A stretch of DNA of 64,000 nt, taken from Nitrospirota bacterium. Lineage in GTDB: Bacteria > Nitrospirota > Nitrospiria > 2-01-FULL-66-17. The notes under the pieces were generated by a model. That model was given only the letters and a program-made list of their open reading frames with translations, was not told where the DNA came from and made no database searches. Of this stretch, positions 27,705 to 37,309 are shown piece after piece (the first letter of the stretch is position 1; every line of letters starts with the position of its first letter). Both the position numbers and the translations under genes were made by a program. The stretch is taken from the NCBI GenBank assembly GCA_049325335.1, contig JBMOMC010000006.1, forward strand, positions 1 through 64,000, in the 5' to 3' direction.

Positions 27705-30125
27705 ATGAAGACGAGCGTCGTGGAGGTCGGCGGAATGGTGTCTGCCTTGAGCGCCCGCGGCGTGGAGAAGCGGCTCGCGCGTCTGCCCGGCGTGCAGCAG
27801 GTGGAGGTCAACTACGTGGCCGGGAGCGCCACCGTGACCTACGACGAAGCCGTGGTCGACCTGTCCACGATCAAGAAACGGATCCACGAGTGCGGATACC
27901 ACTGCGCCGGTGAACGGCTTCCCAGGCACGTGTGTGCGCCCGAGGATCCGCCGGCCGAAGCCGTGGCGCTGCCCGCGGGTGCAGCGGCCGCTCACATCGG
28001 GCATGCGGAACACGTCGCGCACGAGCCCCGTCGGGCGGAGCCTGTCGCACGTCCGGCCCATGTTGAGCACGGGGAGCCCGCGGCACCGCCTGCGCACGCC
28101 GAGGCCATGGCGCACGAGATGGGGCACGGCGCCGGCATGGATCTGCAGACCATGGCCCGCGACATGGGGGACCGTTTCTGGGTCGCGCTGGTGTTTACCG
28201 GTCCGGTATTTCTGTATTCACCCATGGGCGGCATGTTCACCCCGCCTGTGCCGCCGTTCGGGCTATCCCTCAACACGTGGCTGTTCTTCCTCACCAGCGC
28301 CGCAGTGCTGTACCCCGGCTGGCCGTTTCTCGTCGCGGCGTGGCGCGCGCTCAAAAACGGCGTGCTCAACATGGCGGTGCTGGTCGTGCTCAGCGTCGGC
28401 ACGGGCTATCTGTTCAGCGTGGGGGCCACCTTTTTCTTCGAGGGCGCGCAGTTCTACGAAGCCGTGTCGGTGCTGTTGGTGTTCATTCTGCTCGGGCACT
28501 GGTTGGAAATGCGCGCCCGCGCCGGCGCCTCGGAGGCGATCCGCGCGTTACTCGATCTGGCCCCGCCCATGGCCACCGTGATCAGGGGGGACCGGGAGAT
28601 CGAGGTCCCGACCGCCGAGGTCATCACCGGGGATGTGGTCGTGATCCGCCCGGGCAACAAGATCCCGGTGGACGGCGAGGTACTTGAAGGCGAGTCCCAG
28701 GTGGACGAATCCATGTTGACCGGCGAATCCATGCCGGTCGGCAAAAAGCCGGGCGACACCGTGATCGGCGCCACGATCAATAAGAGCGGAAGCTTCCGCT
28801 ACCGTGCGACCAAGGTCGGCGCGGACACGGCGTTGGCGCAGATCGTGAAATTGGTGCAGGAGGCGCAGAACTCCAAGGCCCCGGCGCAACTGCTCGCAGA
28901 CCGCGCCTCGCAGTGGCTGGTGATGATCGCGGTGGTGATCGGGCTGCTCACGTTCTCCGTCTGGTTCTGGTGGGTTGGCCAGCCGCTGCTCTTCGCCCTT
29001 ACGCTGACGATCACGGTGTTTGTGATCGCCTGTCCGGACGCACTGGGGCTCGCCACGCCCATGGCGGTGATGGTCGGCACCGGCCTCGGCGCCGTGAACG
29101 GCATCCTGTTCAAGAACGCCGCGGCGCTCGAGGACTCCACCAAGCTCGACGTGGTGATTTTCGACAAGACCGGCACGCTCACCGTGGGGCAGCCGGAGGT
29201 GGTGGAAGTGGTGCCGGCGCCTGGAGCGACCGAAGAGACCGTCTTGGCGCTGGCTGCCGCGGTGGAACAGGGTACGGATCATCCGTTGGCCCAGGCCATC
29301 GTGCGGCGCGCGGCAGGGCTGTCGAAGGAAGCCGTCTCTGCGTTCAGCATCATCGAGGGCAAGGGGGCGCGCGCCGACGTGGCGGGCCGCGCCGTGCTCC
29401 TCGGCAACCGGCGCCTGATGAACGAGCAGAACATTGATCTTGGCGGATTGGAACCGAGATCTACTGAACTCCAGGGCGCGGGACGCACGGTGGTGCACGT
29501 GGCGCACGGCGGCAAGCTGATCGGGCTGATTGCTATCGCCGATGCCGTTCGGCCGACCGCGATGGCCACCGTCAAGACGCTGCGCGAACGCGGGGTTGAG
29601 GTCGCGATGCTGACCGGCGACAACCGCGGCACCGCCGAGCGCATCGCCCGGGAGCTGGGCATCGGCATCGTGCTCGCCGACGTGTTGCCAGGGCAGAAGG
29701 CGGCCAAGGTCAAGGAATTACAGGAGGGCGGCAAGAACGTCGGGATGGTCGGCGACGGCATCAACGACGCGCCGGCGCTGACCCAGGCCGACGTGGGCTT
29801 CGCGATCGGCGCCGGTACCGACGTGGCCATGGAAAGCGCGGACGTAGTGCTGATGAAAAGCGATCCCTTCGACGTGGTGGGCGCGATCACACTCTCGCGC
29901 GCCACCCTGCGCAAAATGCACCAGAATCTCTGGTGGGCGGTGGCCTACAACGTGGTCGCGTTCCCTGTCGCGGCGGGCGTGTTCTATCCCGTGGTCATCA
30001 GCCCGGAGGTTGCGGCGCTCGCCATGTCGGGCAGTTCCGCGCTCGTGGCGGTCAACGCCCTGTTGCTCAAGCGCACGCGGTTGGCCGGCATTCATCGGAT
30101 GTCGTCGGGTGAGGCTCGGACCTGA
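27705..30125 (+). CDS. copper-type P1B ATPase with CPD motif, Cys-less HMA domain and His-rich linker
   Basis: HMA fold GGMVSALSA (no CxxC), [44 protein letters not shown]. Confidence 0.92.
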   Translation: MKTSVVEVGGMVSALSARGVEKRLARLPGVQQVEVNYVAGSATVTYDEAVVDLSTIKKRIHECGYHCAGERLPRHVCAPEDPPAEAVALPAGAAAAHIGHAEHVAHEPRRAEPVARPAHVEHGEPAAPPAHAEAMAHEMGHGAGMDLQTMARDMGDRFWVALVFTGPVFLYSPMGGMFTPPVPPFGLSLNTWLFFLTSAAVLYPGWPFLVAAWRALKNGVLNMAVLVVLSVGTGYLFSVGATFFFEGAQFYEAVSVLLVFILLGHWLEMRARAGASEAIRALLDLAPPMATVIRGDREIEVPTAEVITGDVVVIRPGNKIPVDGEVLEGESQVDESMLTGESMPVGKKPGDTVIGATINKSGSFRYRATKVGADTALAQIVKLVQEAQNSKAPAQLLADRASQWLVMIAVVIGLLTFSVWFWWVGQPLLFALTLTITVFVIACPDALGLATPMAVMVGTGLGAVNGILFKNAAALEDSTKLDVVIFDKTGTLTVGQPEVVEVVPAPGATEETVLALAAAVEQGTDHPLAQAIVRRAAGLSKEAVSAFSIIEGKGARADVAGRAVLLGNRRLMNEQNIDLGGLEPRSTELQGAGRTVVHVAHGGKLIGLIAIADAVRPTAMATVKTLRERGVEVAMLTGDNRGTAERIARELGIGIVLADVLPGQKAAKVKELQEGGKNVGMVGDGINDAPALTQADVGFAIGAGTDVAMESADVVLMKSDPFDVVGAITLSRATLRKMHQNLWWAVAYNVVAFPVAAGVFYPVVISPEVAALAMSGSSALVAVNALLLKRTRLAGIHRMSSGEART

Positions 30126-30135
30126 GAGGGATGTG

Positions 30136-31494
30136 ATGGATCTGCGTTTTCTCGGAGCAGCCGGAACCGTGACCGGATCGAAGTACCTCGTGAACGCCGG
30201 GAACCGGAAGGTCCTGGTCGACTGCGGGCTCTTTCAAGGCTTCAAGCATCTGCGCCTGCGGAACTGGGCCCCGCTGCCGTTGGACCCAGCCGCGCTCGAT
30301 GCCGTGATCCTCACGCACGCGCACCTCGATCACAGCGGGTACCTACCGCTGCTGGTCAAGCACGGCTTCAGCGGGCCGGTGTACTGCACCCGCGCCACGC
30401 GCGAGCTGTGCCGGATCTTGCTCCCGGACAGCGGGCGGCTGCAAGAGGAGGACGCGGCCTACGCCAACCGGCAAGGCTTTTCCAAGCACAAGCCCGCGCT
30501 CCCGCTCTACAACGAGAAGGACGCCAAACACGCGCTGCGCCGCCTGACGCCGGTGGCCTTCGAGCAAGACGTGGATCTCGGTGACGGCGTGAGCGTGCGA
30601 CTTTCGCCCGCCGGACACATCCTCAGCGCGGCGATCGTCACGCTGACCCACGGCGGGACGTCTGTGGTGTTTTCCGGAGACCTCGGGCGTTCGAACGACC
30701 TCTTGATGCCGCCGCCAACGGTCGTGCACAGGGCGGATTACCTGGTCGTCGAGTCCACCTACGGCGACCGCCGCCACGACCCGCGCGACCCCCAGGCTGT
30801 CCTGGCCGAGATCTGCCATCGCACGTTTGACCGCGGCGGCGCGCTCATCGTGCCCGCGTTCGCGGTCGGCCGCTCCCAGGCCCTCATGTATTGCCTCCAC
30901 CTGCTCAAGGAGGCGAAGGCCATCCCCGACGTGCCGGTGTATCTGAATAGTCCGATGGCGGTCAATGTCACGCGCGTGTTCCACAACCACCGCGGGGAGC
31001 ACCGACTGACGCCGGAACAGTGCGACGGCATGTGCAATGCAGCGCGTTACGTCAACACGGTTGAAGAGTCCAAGGCGCTCAACAGGCGCCGCGGGCCGAT
31101 GATCATCATCGCGGGCAGTGGGATGGCGACCGGCGGTCGGGTGCTCCATCACCTGAAGGCGTTCGCCCCGGACAGCCGTAACACGATCCTGTTCGCCGGT
31201 TTCCAGGCCGGCGGCACGCGCGGCGCCGCCATGTTGAACGGCGCCGAGTCCGTCAAGATCCACGGCGAGTACGTGCCGGTTCGTGCCGAGGTGGCGAATA
31301 TCGCCAACCTCTCGGGACACGCCGACTCCGCCGAGATCCTCGACTGGCTCGGTCGCTTCGAAGCGCCGCCGCGCCAGACCTTCGTCACCCACGGTGAACC
31401 GACCGCAGCCGACGCGCTGCGCCATCGCATCGAGGAGCGCTTCGGCTGGGCAGCGCGCGTGCCCGAACACCAGGAACGGGTGACGCTGCGGTGA
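30136..31494 (+). CDS. MBL-fold beta-CASP metallo-hydrolase (YSH1-like putative RNase)
   Basis: LGAAGTVTGS, DCGLFQG, THAHLDHSG, AGHIL, SGDLG, ESTYG, FAVGR, SGHAD, THGE. Confidence 0.92.
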   Translation: MDLRFLGAAGTVTGSKYLVNAGNRKVLVDCGLFQGFKHLRLRNWAPLPLDPAALDAVILTHAHLDHSGYLPLLVKHGFSGPVYCTRATRELCRILLPDSGRLQEEDAAYANRQGFSKHKPALPLYNEKDAKHALRRLTPVAFEQDVDLGDGVSVRLSPAGHILSAAIVTLTHGGTSVVFSGDLGRSNDLLMPPPTVVHRADYLVVESTYGDRRHDPRDPQAVLAEICHRTFDRGGALIVPAFAVGRSQALMYCLHLLKEAKAIPDVPVYLNSPMAVNVTRVFHNHRGEHRLTPEQCDGMCNAARYVNTVEESKALNRRRGPMIIIAGSGMATGGRVLHHLKAFAPDSRNTILFAGFQAGGTRGAAMLNGAESVKIHGEYVPVRAEVANIANLSGHADSAEILDWLGRFEAPPRQTFVTHGEPTAADALRHRIEERFGWAARVPEHQERVTLR

Positions 31495-31534
31495 AAATTG
31501 GTTTGAGACCCGAAATGAGAGGCCAGACCTGGAT

Positions 31535-32278
31535 ATGGAACGAGACCCTGTCTGTCTGATGGCGCTCGACCCGCGCCAGGCCAGCGCCATGATGCAACAC
31601 GGCGGGCGAGCCTATTACTTCTGCTCCGAGGGTTGCAGGGGGAAGTTCCTTGTCAGCCCGGAGCGTTTCCTCAATAAGGCCCCGGGCCTGCGTCTGACCG
31701 TGGGGATGATGGGCGCGGCCGACGAGCCGCAGCCGCCGGAGATCGAGGGCAAGGTCCGCGCCCTTGGCCGAGCGGTCGCCGAGCACGGCTTCATATTGAT
31801 CACCGGCGCGTGTCCAGGGCTTCCCTATGCCTGCGCGCTCGGGGCGCGGGAGGCTGGTGGGTTGTCGATCGGCATCTCGCCGGCATTGTCGCTCGACGAG
31901 CACGTGCACAAATACCTCTCGCCCTCGGACGCCTTCGACGTGCTGATCTACACCGGCAGCGGGCTCATGGGGCGCGAGGTGACCAATATCCGGTCGAGCG
32001 ACATGGTGGTGATCGCGGGCGGCCGCTCGGGCACGCTCGGGGAGTTCGCCATCGCGTACGACGAAGGCAAACTCATCGGCGTGCTCGAAGGCAGCGGAGG
32101 CATCACTGGCCACCTGCCCGAGATCGTCCGGGGCTTCGGCGGTAAGGACACCGGCGCGCGCCTCGTGTACGAGGCCGACCCAGCGCGCCTCATCGCGCAA
32201 CTTGCGAACGCCTACACGACGAACCACTTTAAGCGGCCGTCGTGTTTCTGCGGCGAGCAGGCTGCGGCCTCTGGTTAG
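31535..32278 (+). CDS. YHS domain fused to a SLOG/LOG-family domain
   Basis: N-terminal DPVCLM..YYFCSEGC; then LITGACPG, GISP, GRE..NIRSSD, GGRSGTLGE. Confidence 0.82.
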   Translation: MERDPVCLMALDPRQASAMMQHGGRAYYFCSEGCRGKFLVSPERFLNKAPGLRLTVGMMGAADEPQPPEIEGKVRALGRAVAEHGFILITGACPGLPYACALGAREAGGLSIGISPALSLDEHVHKYLSPSDAFDVLIYTGSGLMGREVTNIRSSDMVVIAGGRSGTLGEFAIAYDEGKLIGVLEGSGGITGHLPEIVRGFGGKDTGARLVYEADPARLIAQLANAYTTNHFKRPSCFCGEQAAASG

Positions 32279-32301
32279 CGGAGACAGCGTCGATCTCCCG
32301 C

Positions 32302-32418
32302 GCAGAGCACGTCAAGTAGTTGATGCACGACAAGCGGGCCGAGCACCGCGAGTACATTGAGCGCCACGGCCAGGACATGCCAGAGGCTCTGGACTGGCAG
32401 TGGGCGTCAGGAGACTAG
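32302..32418 (+). pseudogene. C-terminal remnant of a phosphoketolase (Xfp family)
   Basis: AEHVK*LMHDKRAEHREYIERHGQDMPEALDWQWASGD* resembles the Xfp C-terminal ..EH..YI..HG.DMPE..DW.W; internal stop; rest of gene missing. Confidence 0.7.
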
Positions 32419-32431
32419 AGGAGGAGGCATC

Positions 32432-34192
32432 ATGCAACGCATTGGGTCTGTGGTTCTGGGAGTGGTCGTCGCGGCGATGGCCACGCCGTCCGTTGCGGGG
32501 ACGTACAACCTGGTGATCGACGAAACAACGGTCAATGTCACGGGCCGGGAGCGCACGGCGGTGACGATCAACGGCGCCGTGCCGGGCCCCGCGCTTCGGT
32601 GGCGCGAGGGCGAGGAAGTGACCCTCCATGTCGCCAACCGGCTCAAGGAGCCGACCTCCATCCACTGGCACGGCATCATCGTGCCGAACACCATGGACGG
32701 CGTTCCCGGCATCGGGTTCGAGCACATCGGGCCCGGCGAGACGTTCACCTATCTCTTCAGAGTCAAGCAGAGCGGCACCTACTGGTATCACAGCCACTCC
32801 GGTCTGCAGGAGCAATCCGGGATGTACAGCCCCCTGCTCATCGACCCGGCCAAGCCCGAGCCGTTTCAGTACGATCGCGAGTACGTGGTCATGCTCTCCG
32901 ACTGGACCGATGAAAATCCCAGTCGAGTCATGGCGAAGCTCAAGAAGCAGAGCGGGTACTACAACTTCAACAAGCTGACGGTCGTCGATTTCTTCCAGGA
33001 CGTGGGTCGCGAGGGTTGGCGTGCCACGCTTTCCGATCGGCTCGCGTGGGGCCGGATGCGGATGGACCCGACGGACCTCGCGGACGTCACGGGGTACACG
33101 TACACGTTTCTGGTGAACGGCGACCCGCCCCGGAAGAACTGGACTGCGATTTTTAAACCAGGGGAGCGGGTGCGCTTGCGGTTCATCAACGCCGCGACCA
33201 TGACGTACTTCGACCTCCGCATCCCCGGGCTCAAAATGGAGGTGGTGCAGGCCGACGGGCAGGATGTGGAGCCTGTGACGGTGGACGAATTCCGCATCGC
33301 GGTCTCCGAGACCTACGACGTGATCGTCGAACCACGGGAAGAGAGGGCCTACACGATCTTTGCCGAGGCCATGGACCGGAGCGGCTACGCCCGGGGCACA
33401 CTGGCTCCCCACGACGGGATGTCCGCGCCGATTCCTTCGATGCGACCGCGACCGGTCCGCACCATGGCCGACATGGGGATGTCCGGGGCGCACGGGAAGA
33501 AGCCGGAAGGCCAGGCGCCGGAGCAGGAGGTTCCCGTGCAAGGGATGGATCGCGGAGGGCAAGGCGATATGGGCGCCATGCCGGGTATGGATCATGGCGC
33601 GATGGAAGGCGGGGAGATGGGTACTATGCCCGGCATGGCCGGTGAGGAGCCCATGGTGATGCACGGTCCTGACACCCACGGCAAGGGCAACTCCATGGTG
33701 GCGATGACGCCGCGAAGCCGACTTGGCGAGCCCGGCGCCGGCCTCGAGCACACGGGCACGCGCGTGCTCATGTACGCCGACCTGCAGGCCCGCGAGGCCG
33801 GCTACGATCATCGCCCGCCCGAGCGCGAGATCGAGCTGCACCTCACCGGCAACATGGATCGTTACATCTGGGGATTCAACGGGAAGAAGTATTCGGAGTC
33901 CGAACCGATCCGCATGCGGTATGGGGAGCGGCTGCGCGTCGTCCTGGTGAACGACACCATGATGGAACATCCCCTGCACCTGCACGGGATGTGGATGGAA
34001 CTCGACAACGGGAACGGCGAGCACAACCCCCGGAAGTTCACCATCAATGTGAAGCCGGGTGAGCGGCTGTCCTTCCTCATGACGGCCGACGCCCTGGGTG
34101 TGTGGCCCTTCCATTGTCACCTCGGCTACCACATGGCCGCCGGCATGATGGTGAACGCGGTGGTCGCCGACCGCGCCGCGGAGGCGCACTGA
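32432..34192 (+). CDS. copA: copper-resistance multicopper oxidase (CopA/PcoA family)
   Basis: IHWHG, WYHSH, WGRMRMDPTDLADV, Met-rich insert, HPLHLHG, HCHLGYHM. Confidence 0.93.
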   Translation: MQRIGSVVLGVVVAAMATPSVAGTYNLVIDETTVNVTGRERTAVTINGAVPGPALRWREGEEVTLHVANRLKEPTSIHWHGIIVPNTMDGVPGIGFEHIGPGETFTYLFRVKQSGTYWYHSHSGLQEQSGMYSPLLIDPAKPEPFQYDREYVVMLSDWTDENPSRVMAKLKKQSGYYNFNKLTVVDFFQDVGREGWRATLSDRLAWGRMRMDPTDLADVTGYTYTFLVNGDPPRKNWTAIFKPGERVRLRFINAATMTYFDLRIPGLKMEVVQADGQDVEPVTVDEFRIAVSETYDVIVEPREERAYTIFAEAMDRSGYARGTLAPHDGMSAPIPSMRPRPVRTMADMGMSGAHGKKPEGQAPEQEVPVQGMDRGGQGDMGAMPGMDHGAMEGGEMGTMPGMAGEEPMVMHGPDTHGKGNSMVAMTPRSRLGEPGAGLEHTGTRVLMYADLQAREAGYDHRPPEREIELHLTGNMDRYIWGFNGKKYSESEPIRMRYGERLRVVLVNDTMMEHPLHLHGMWMELDNGNGEHNPRKFTINVKPGERLSFLMTADALGVWPFHCHLGYHMAAGMMVNAVVADRAAEAH

Positions 34193-34932
34193 TGAGCGGC
34201 GCGAACGCAGTGATCAGCGGCGGCGTGCGACTCGCGGCCGCGTTCCTCCTGGCCGTGATTGCCTTGGCGGGGCGACCGGGGCCGGCCGAGGCGGGAGAGG
34301 CCAGCCTTCTCACGTTCCTTGAAGTCGAGCAATTCGAGTACCGGGCCGGGAATGGAGCGGACACGTTCAGTTGGGAGGCGCAGGGCTGGATCGGCGGAGA
34401 CTACGACAGAGTCTGGCTCAAAACCAAGGGAGACGACGTGGTCAATGGCGCGATGGAGCGGGCCGAGATGCAACTCCTGTACAGCCGGACTATCGCCGCG
34501 TACTGGGACCTGCAGCTTGGCGCGCGCTACGACGTGAAACCCAACCCCTCGCGCGACTACGTTGTCCTTGGGATCCAGGGGCTGGCGCCGTATTTCTTCG
34601 AGGTGGACGCGGCGGCGTTCGTGAGCAACAAAGGCGACGCGTCGGCGCGCCTGGAGGCGGAATACGAGCTCCTTCTCACCCAGCGGCTGATCGCCAAGCC
34701 GTCCGCGGAATTCAACGTCGCCGTTCAGGACGTCGAGGAACTGGGTATCGGGTCCGGTTTGACCGATGTCGAACTGGGGTTGCGGTTGCGGTACGAAATC
34801 GTGCGCGAGGTCGCCCCGTACCTCGGCGTGGCCTGGGAAAGCAAGATCGGCCCCACGGCTGATATCGCGCGACGTGCCGGCGAGGACGTCGACGACCTGA
34901 CGTTCGTCACGGGCGTCCGTTTCTGGTTCTGA
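34192..34932 (+). CDS. copB: copper resistance outer membrane protein B (CopB/PcoB)
   Basis: TGATG overlap; WIGGDYDRVWLK, GIQGLAPYFFEVD, YELLLTQRL, GLRLRYEI.RE.APY.GV, GVRFWF. Confidence 0.92.
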   Translation: MSGANAVISGGVRLAAAFLLAVIALAGRPGPAEAGEASLLTFLEVEQFEYRAGNGADTFSWEAQGWIGGDYDRVWLKTKGDDVVNGAMERAEMQLLYSRTIAAYWDLQLGARYDVKPNPSRDYVVLGIQGLAPYFFEVDAAAFVSNKGDASARLEAEYELLLTQRLIAKPSAEFNVAVQDVEELGIGSGLTDVELGLRLRYEIVREVAPYLGVAWESKIGPTADIARRAGEDVDDLTFVTGVRFWF

Positions 34933-34952
34933 GTCACGTGGTCGGAGCGTAG

Positions 34953-37244
34953 ATGCAGATCTGGCAGTCCACCGTCGATGCCCAACGCACTCCCCGGAAT
35001 CCGAGTCCTGGAGAGCGGGTGGAACTGACCATCGGCACCTATCCCATCGAACCGGGGCAGGCCGTGTGGGTCGCCTACCAGGTCGAACGCTCAGACGGCA
35101 CACTGCGGGAAGACCAGGTGGCGGCATCCTGGCGGTACAACCAGGGCAACAACAGCTACTGGTCGGCGTTGCTCGGCCCGTTCGCGGACGGCGATCGGGT
35201 GCGATACCGCGTCCATGGTCGGTCCGGAGACCTGGAAGTCGTGAGCGAGGAATTTGCGTTCGTCGTGGGCCCCAAGCTCCATCTTGCGCTTCTGTGGCAC
35301 ATGCACCAACCGCTCTACAAGGACCTAGCGGGCAAGCGCCCGCACGGCAGCTATCGGCTCCCGTGGGTGCGGTTGCACGCAATCCGCGATTACTACGCCA
35401 TGGCGGCGCTGGTGGCGCAGCACCCCGAGGTGCATCTCACCATCAACCTGGTGCCGTCGCTGCTGTGGCAGATCGAAGATTACGTGGAGCGGGGGGCGAC
35501 GGATCGGGCGCTGGACCTCACCCTGAAACCGTCCAAGAAATTGACCGGCGCCGAGAAGGCCTATCTGCTGGAGCACTTCTTTGAGGCGCACTGGCACAAT
35601 CAAATCTTCCCTTACCCGCGGTACTACGAGTTGTTCCAGCGACAGATCGAGGGATCGATGTTCTCCGACCAGGATTTCACCGACTTAAAGATGTGGTTTA
35701 ACCTCGCCTGGTTTGCCCCCGAGTTTCTTGAGGAAGAGACGAGTATGCCGGACGGGTCGATCGTGTCCCTCAAGAGATTTGTGGAGCAGGGCGCCGGGTT
35801 TGGCGACGCGGACATCGAGCAGATGGTCGCCCAGCAGTACGCCATCATGCGAAACATTGTTCCCCTTCACCGAGCGCTTCAGGATCAAGGCCAGATCGAG
35901 ATCGCAACCACGCCGTTTTATCATCCGATCCTGCCCCTCGTCTATGACTCCGATCAGGCGACGATCGACCGCGAAGGCAGTACGCATCCCGCGCGATTTT
36001 TCTATCCCGAAGACGCCCGTGCGCAGGTGCGGCGCGCCGTCGAGTATTACCAAGCGGCGTTCGGGCGCTCGCCCCGAGGGATGTGGCCGGCGGAAGGCGC
36101 GGTCAGCTCGCCGGTGGCCGATCTCTTTGCAGAGGCCGGGATCGCGTGGATCGCCACCGACCGCGGGGTGCTCCAGCGATCAGGGCGCTGGGGATACCGG
36201 GTCGATGATCCCAACGTGCTGTGCCGGCCCTATCGAGCCGGAGAAGGTGAACGCGGGGTCTCGGTGTTCTTCCGAGACGCCACGCTGTCGGACCGGATCG
36301 GGTTTCACTACCAGAGCTTTGACGACGCCGAACAAGCGGCCGCTGATTTCATCGCGGAGATCAAGGCTCGCTTCGCGCATCGCGTCGATGATCCGCCGAA
36401 TCGGGTTCTGTCCGTCATCCTCGACGGGGAGAACGCCTGGAGCGCCTATCGCGAGTCGGCGCGGCCCTTTCTGCACGCGCTTTACCGGCGGCTCGGCGTC
36501 GATCCCGAAATCAGAACCGTGACCCTCGCTGAGTTCCTGGAAGGAAATCCCGCGCGGCGCGTGGTCCCGCATCCCGCGTCGTCGCAAGAGAAGGTCTACG
36601 ACCTGTTCTGCGGCAGCTGGATCGACGAGATGGGCTCTCGCCCCGGCGCGGACCTGGGGACGTGGATTGGGGAACCGGAGGAAAACCGGGCGTGGGAACT
36701 CCTGGGTGAAGCCAGGCAGGCCCTGTCTGAGCGAGGCGCGGCGCCGGAGCGGCATCCGGCCGCGTACGAATCACTCTACGCCGCCGAAGGGTCCGATTGG
36801 TTCTGGTGGTATGGAGACGACCAGAGCGCCGATCATGAGAGTGAGTTCGACGAACTGTTCAGAACGCACGTGAAGCAGATCTACCGAGGGCTGGGCCGCA
36901 GGCCGCCCCGAAGTCTCTCGCAGCCTCTGGTGCCGCGAGTCGTCGTGTGGTCGTTCGAACACCCGATCGGGACGATTGAGCCGTCCGACCGGTTGGCGAT
37001 CCAGACCCATTGCCGGGGCGTGCTGACATGGACCCTCAATGACGAAAAGACCGAGCAGCGCGCCGAGCTCGCGGCGGTGGGTGGGGTCATGGCGGGCGTC
37101 CGCCGGTATCGGTTGACGCTGGGCCCGTTCCCTCTCGGCGTGAAGCGGATTCGATTTGCGTTCCGATGCGCCGAGCAGGGCTGCTCGGGCGATCGACTCT
37201 GCTGCGCCCAACAGTGGTACACCGTTCGGATCGACACCCGATGA
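34953..37244 (+). CDS. glycoside hydrolase family 57 (amylopullulanase-like) with N-terminal beta domain and Cys-rich C-terminal domain
   Basis: LWHMHQP, PWVRLH, TTPFYHPILP, GMWPAEG, LDGENAW, AEGSDWFWW. Confidence 0.9.
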   Translation: MQIWQSTVDAQRTPRNPSPGERVELTIGTYPIEPGQAVWVAYQVERSDGTLREDQVAASWRYNQGNNSYWSALLGPFADGDRVRYRVHGRSGDLEVVSEEFAFVVGPKLHLALLWHMHQPLYKDLAGKRPHGSYRLPWVRLHAIRDYYAMAALVAQHPEVHLTINLVPSLLWQIEDYVERGATDRALDLTLKPSKKLTGAEKAYLLEHFFEAHWHNQIFPYPRYYELFQRQIEGSMFSDQDFTDLKMWFNLAWFAPEFLEEETSMPDGSIVSLKRFVEQGAGFGDADIEQMVAQQYAIMRNIVPLHRALQDQGQIEIATTPFYHPILPLVYDSDQATIDREGSTHPARFFYPEDARAQVRRAVEYYQAAFGRSPRGMWPAEGAVSSPVADLFAEAGIAWIATDRGVLQRSGRWGYRVDDPNVLCRPYRAGEGERGVSVFFRDATLSDRIGFHYQSFDDAEQAAADFIAEIKARFAHRVDDPPNRVLSVILDGENAWSAYRESARPFLHALYRRLGVDPEIRTVTLAEFLEGNPARRVVPHPASSQEKVYDLFCGSWIDEMGSRPGADLGTWIGEPEENRAWELLGEARQALSERGAAPERHPAAYESLYAAEGSDWFWWYGDDQSADHESEFDELFRTHVKQIYRGLGRRPPRSLSQPLVPRVVVWSFEHPIGTIEPSDRLAIQTHCRGVLTWTLNDEKTEQRAELAAVGGVMAGVRRYRLTLGPFPLGVKRIRFAFRCAEQGCSGDRLCCAQQWYTVRIDTR

Positions 37245-37309
37245 TTGCTCGACAGCCACGAGCAGAATCATCCCGACGGATCTCCAGGACGTAGAAAGGA
37301 GAAGCGCTG

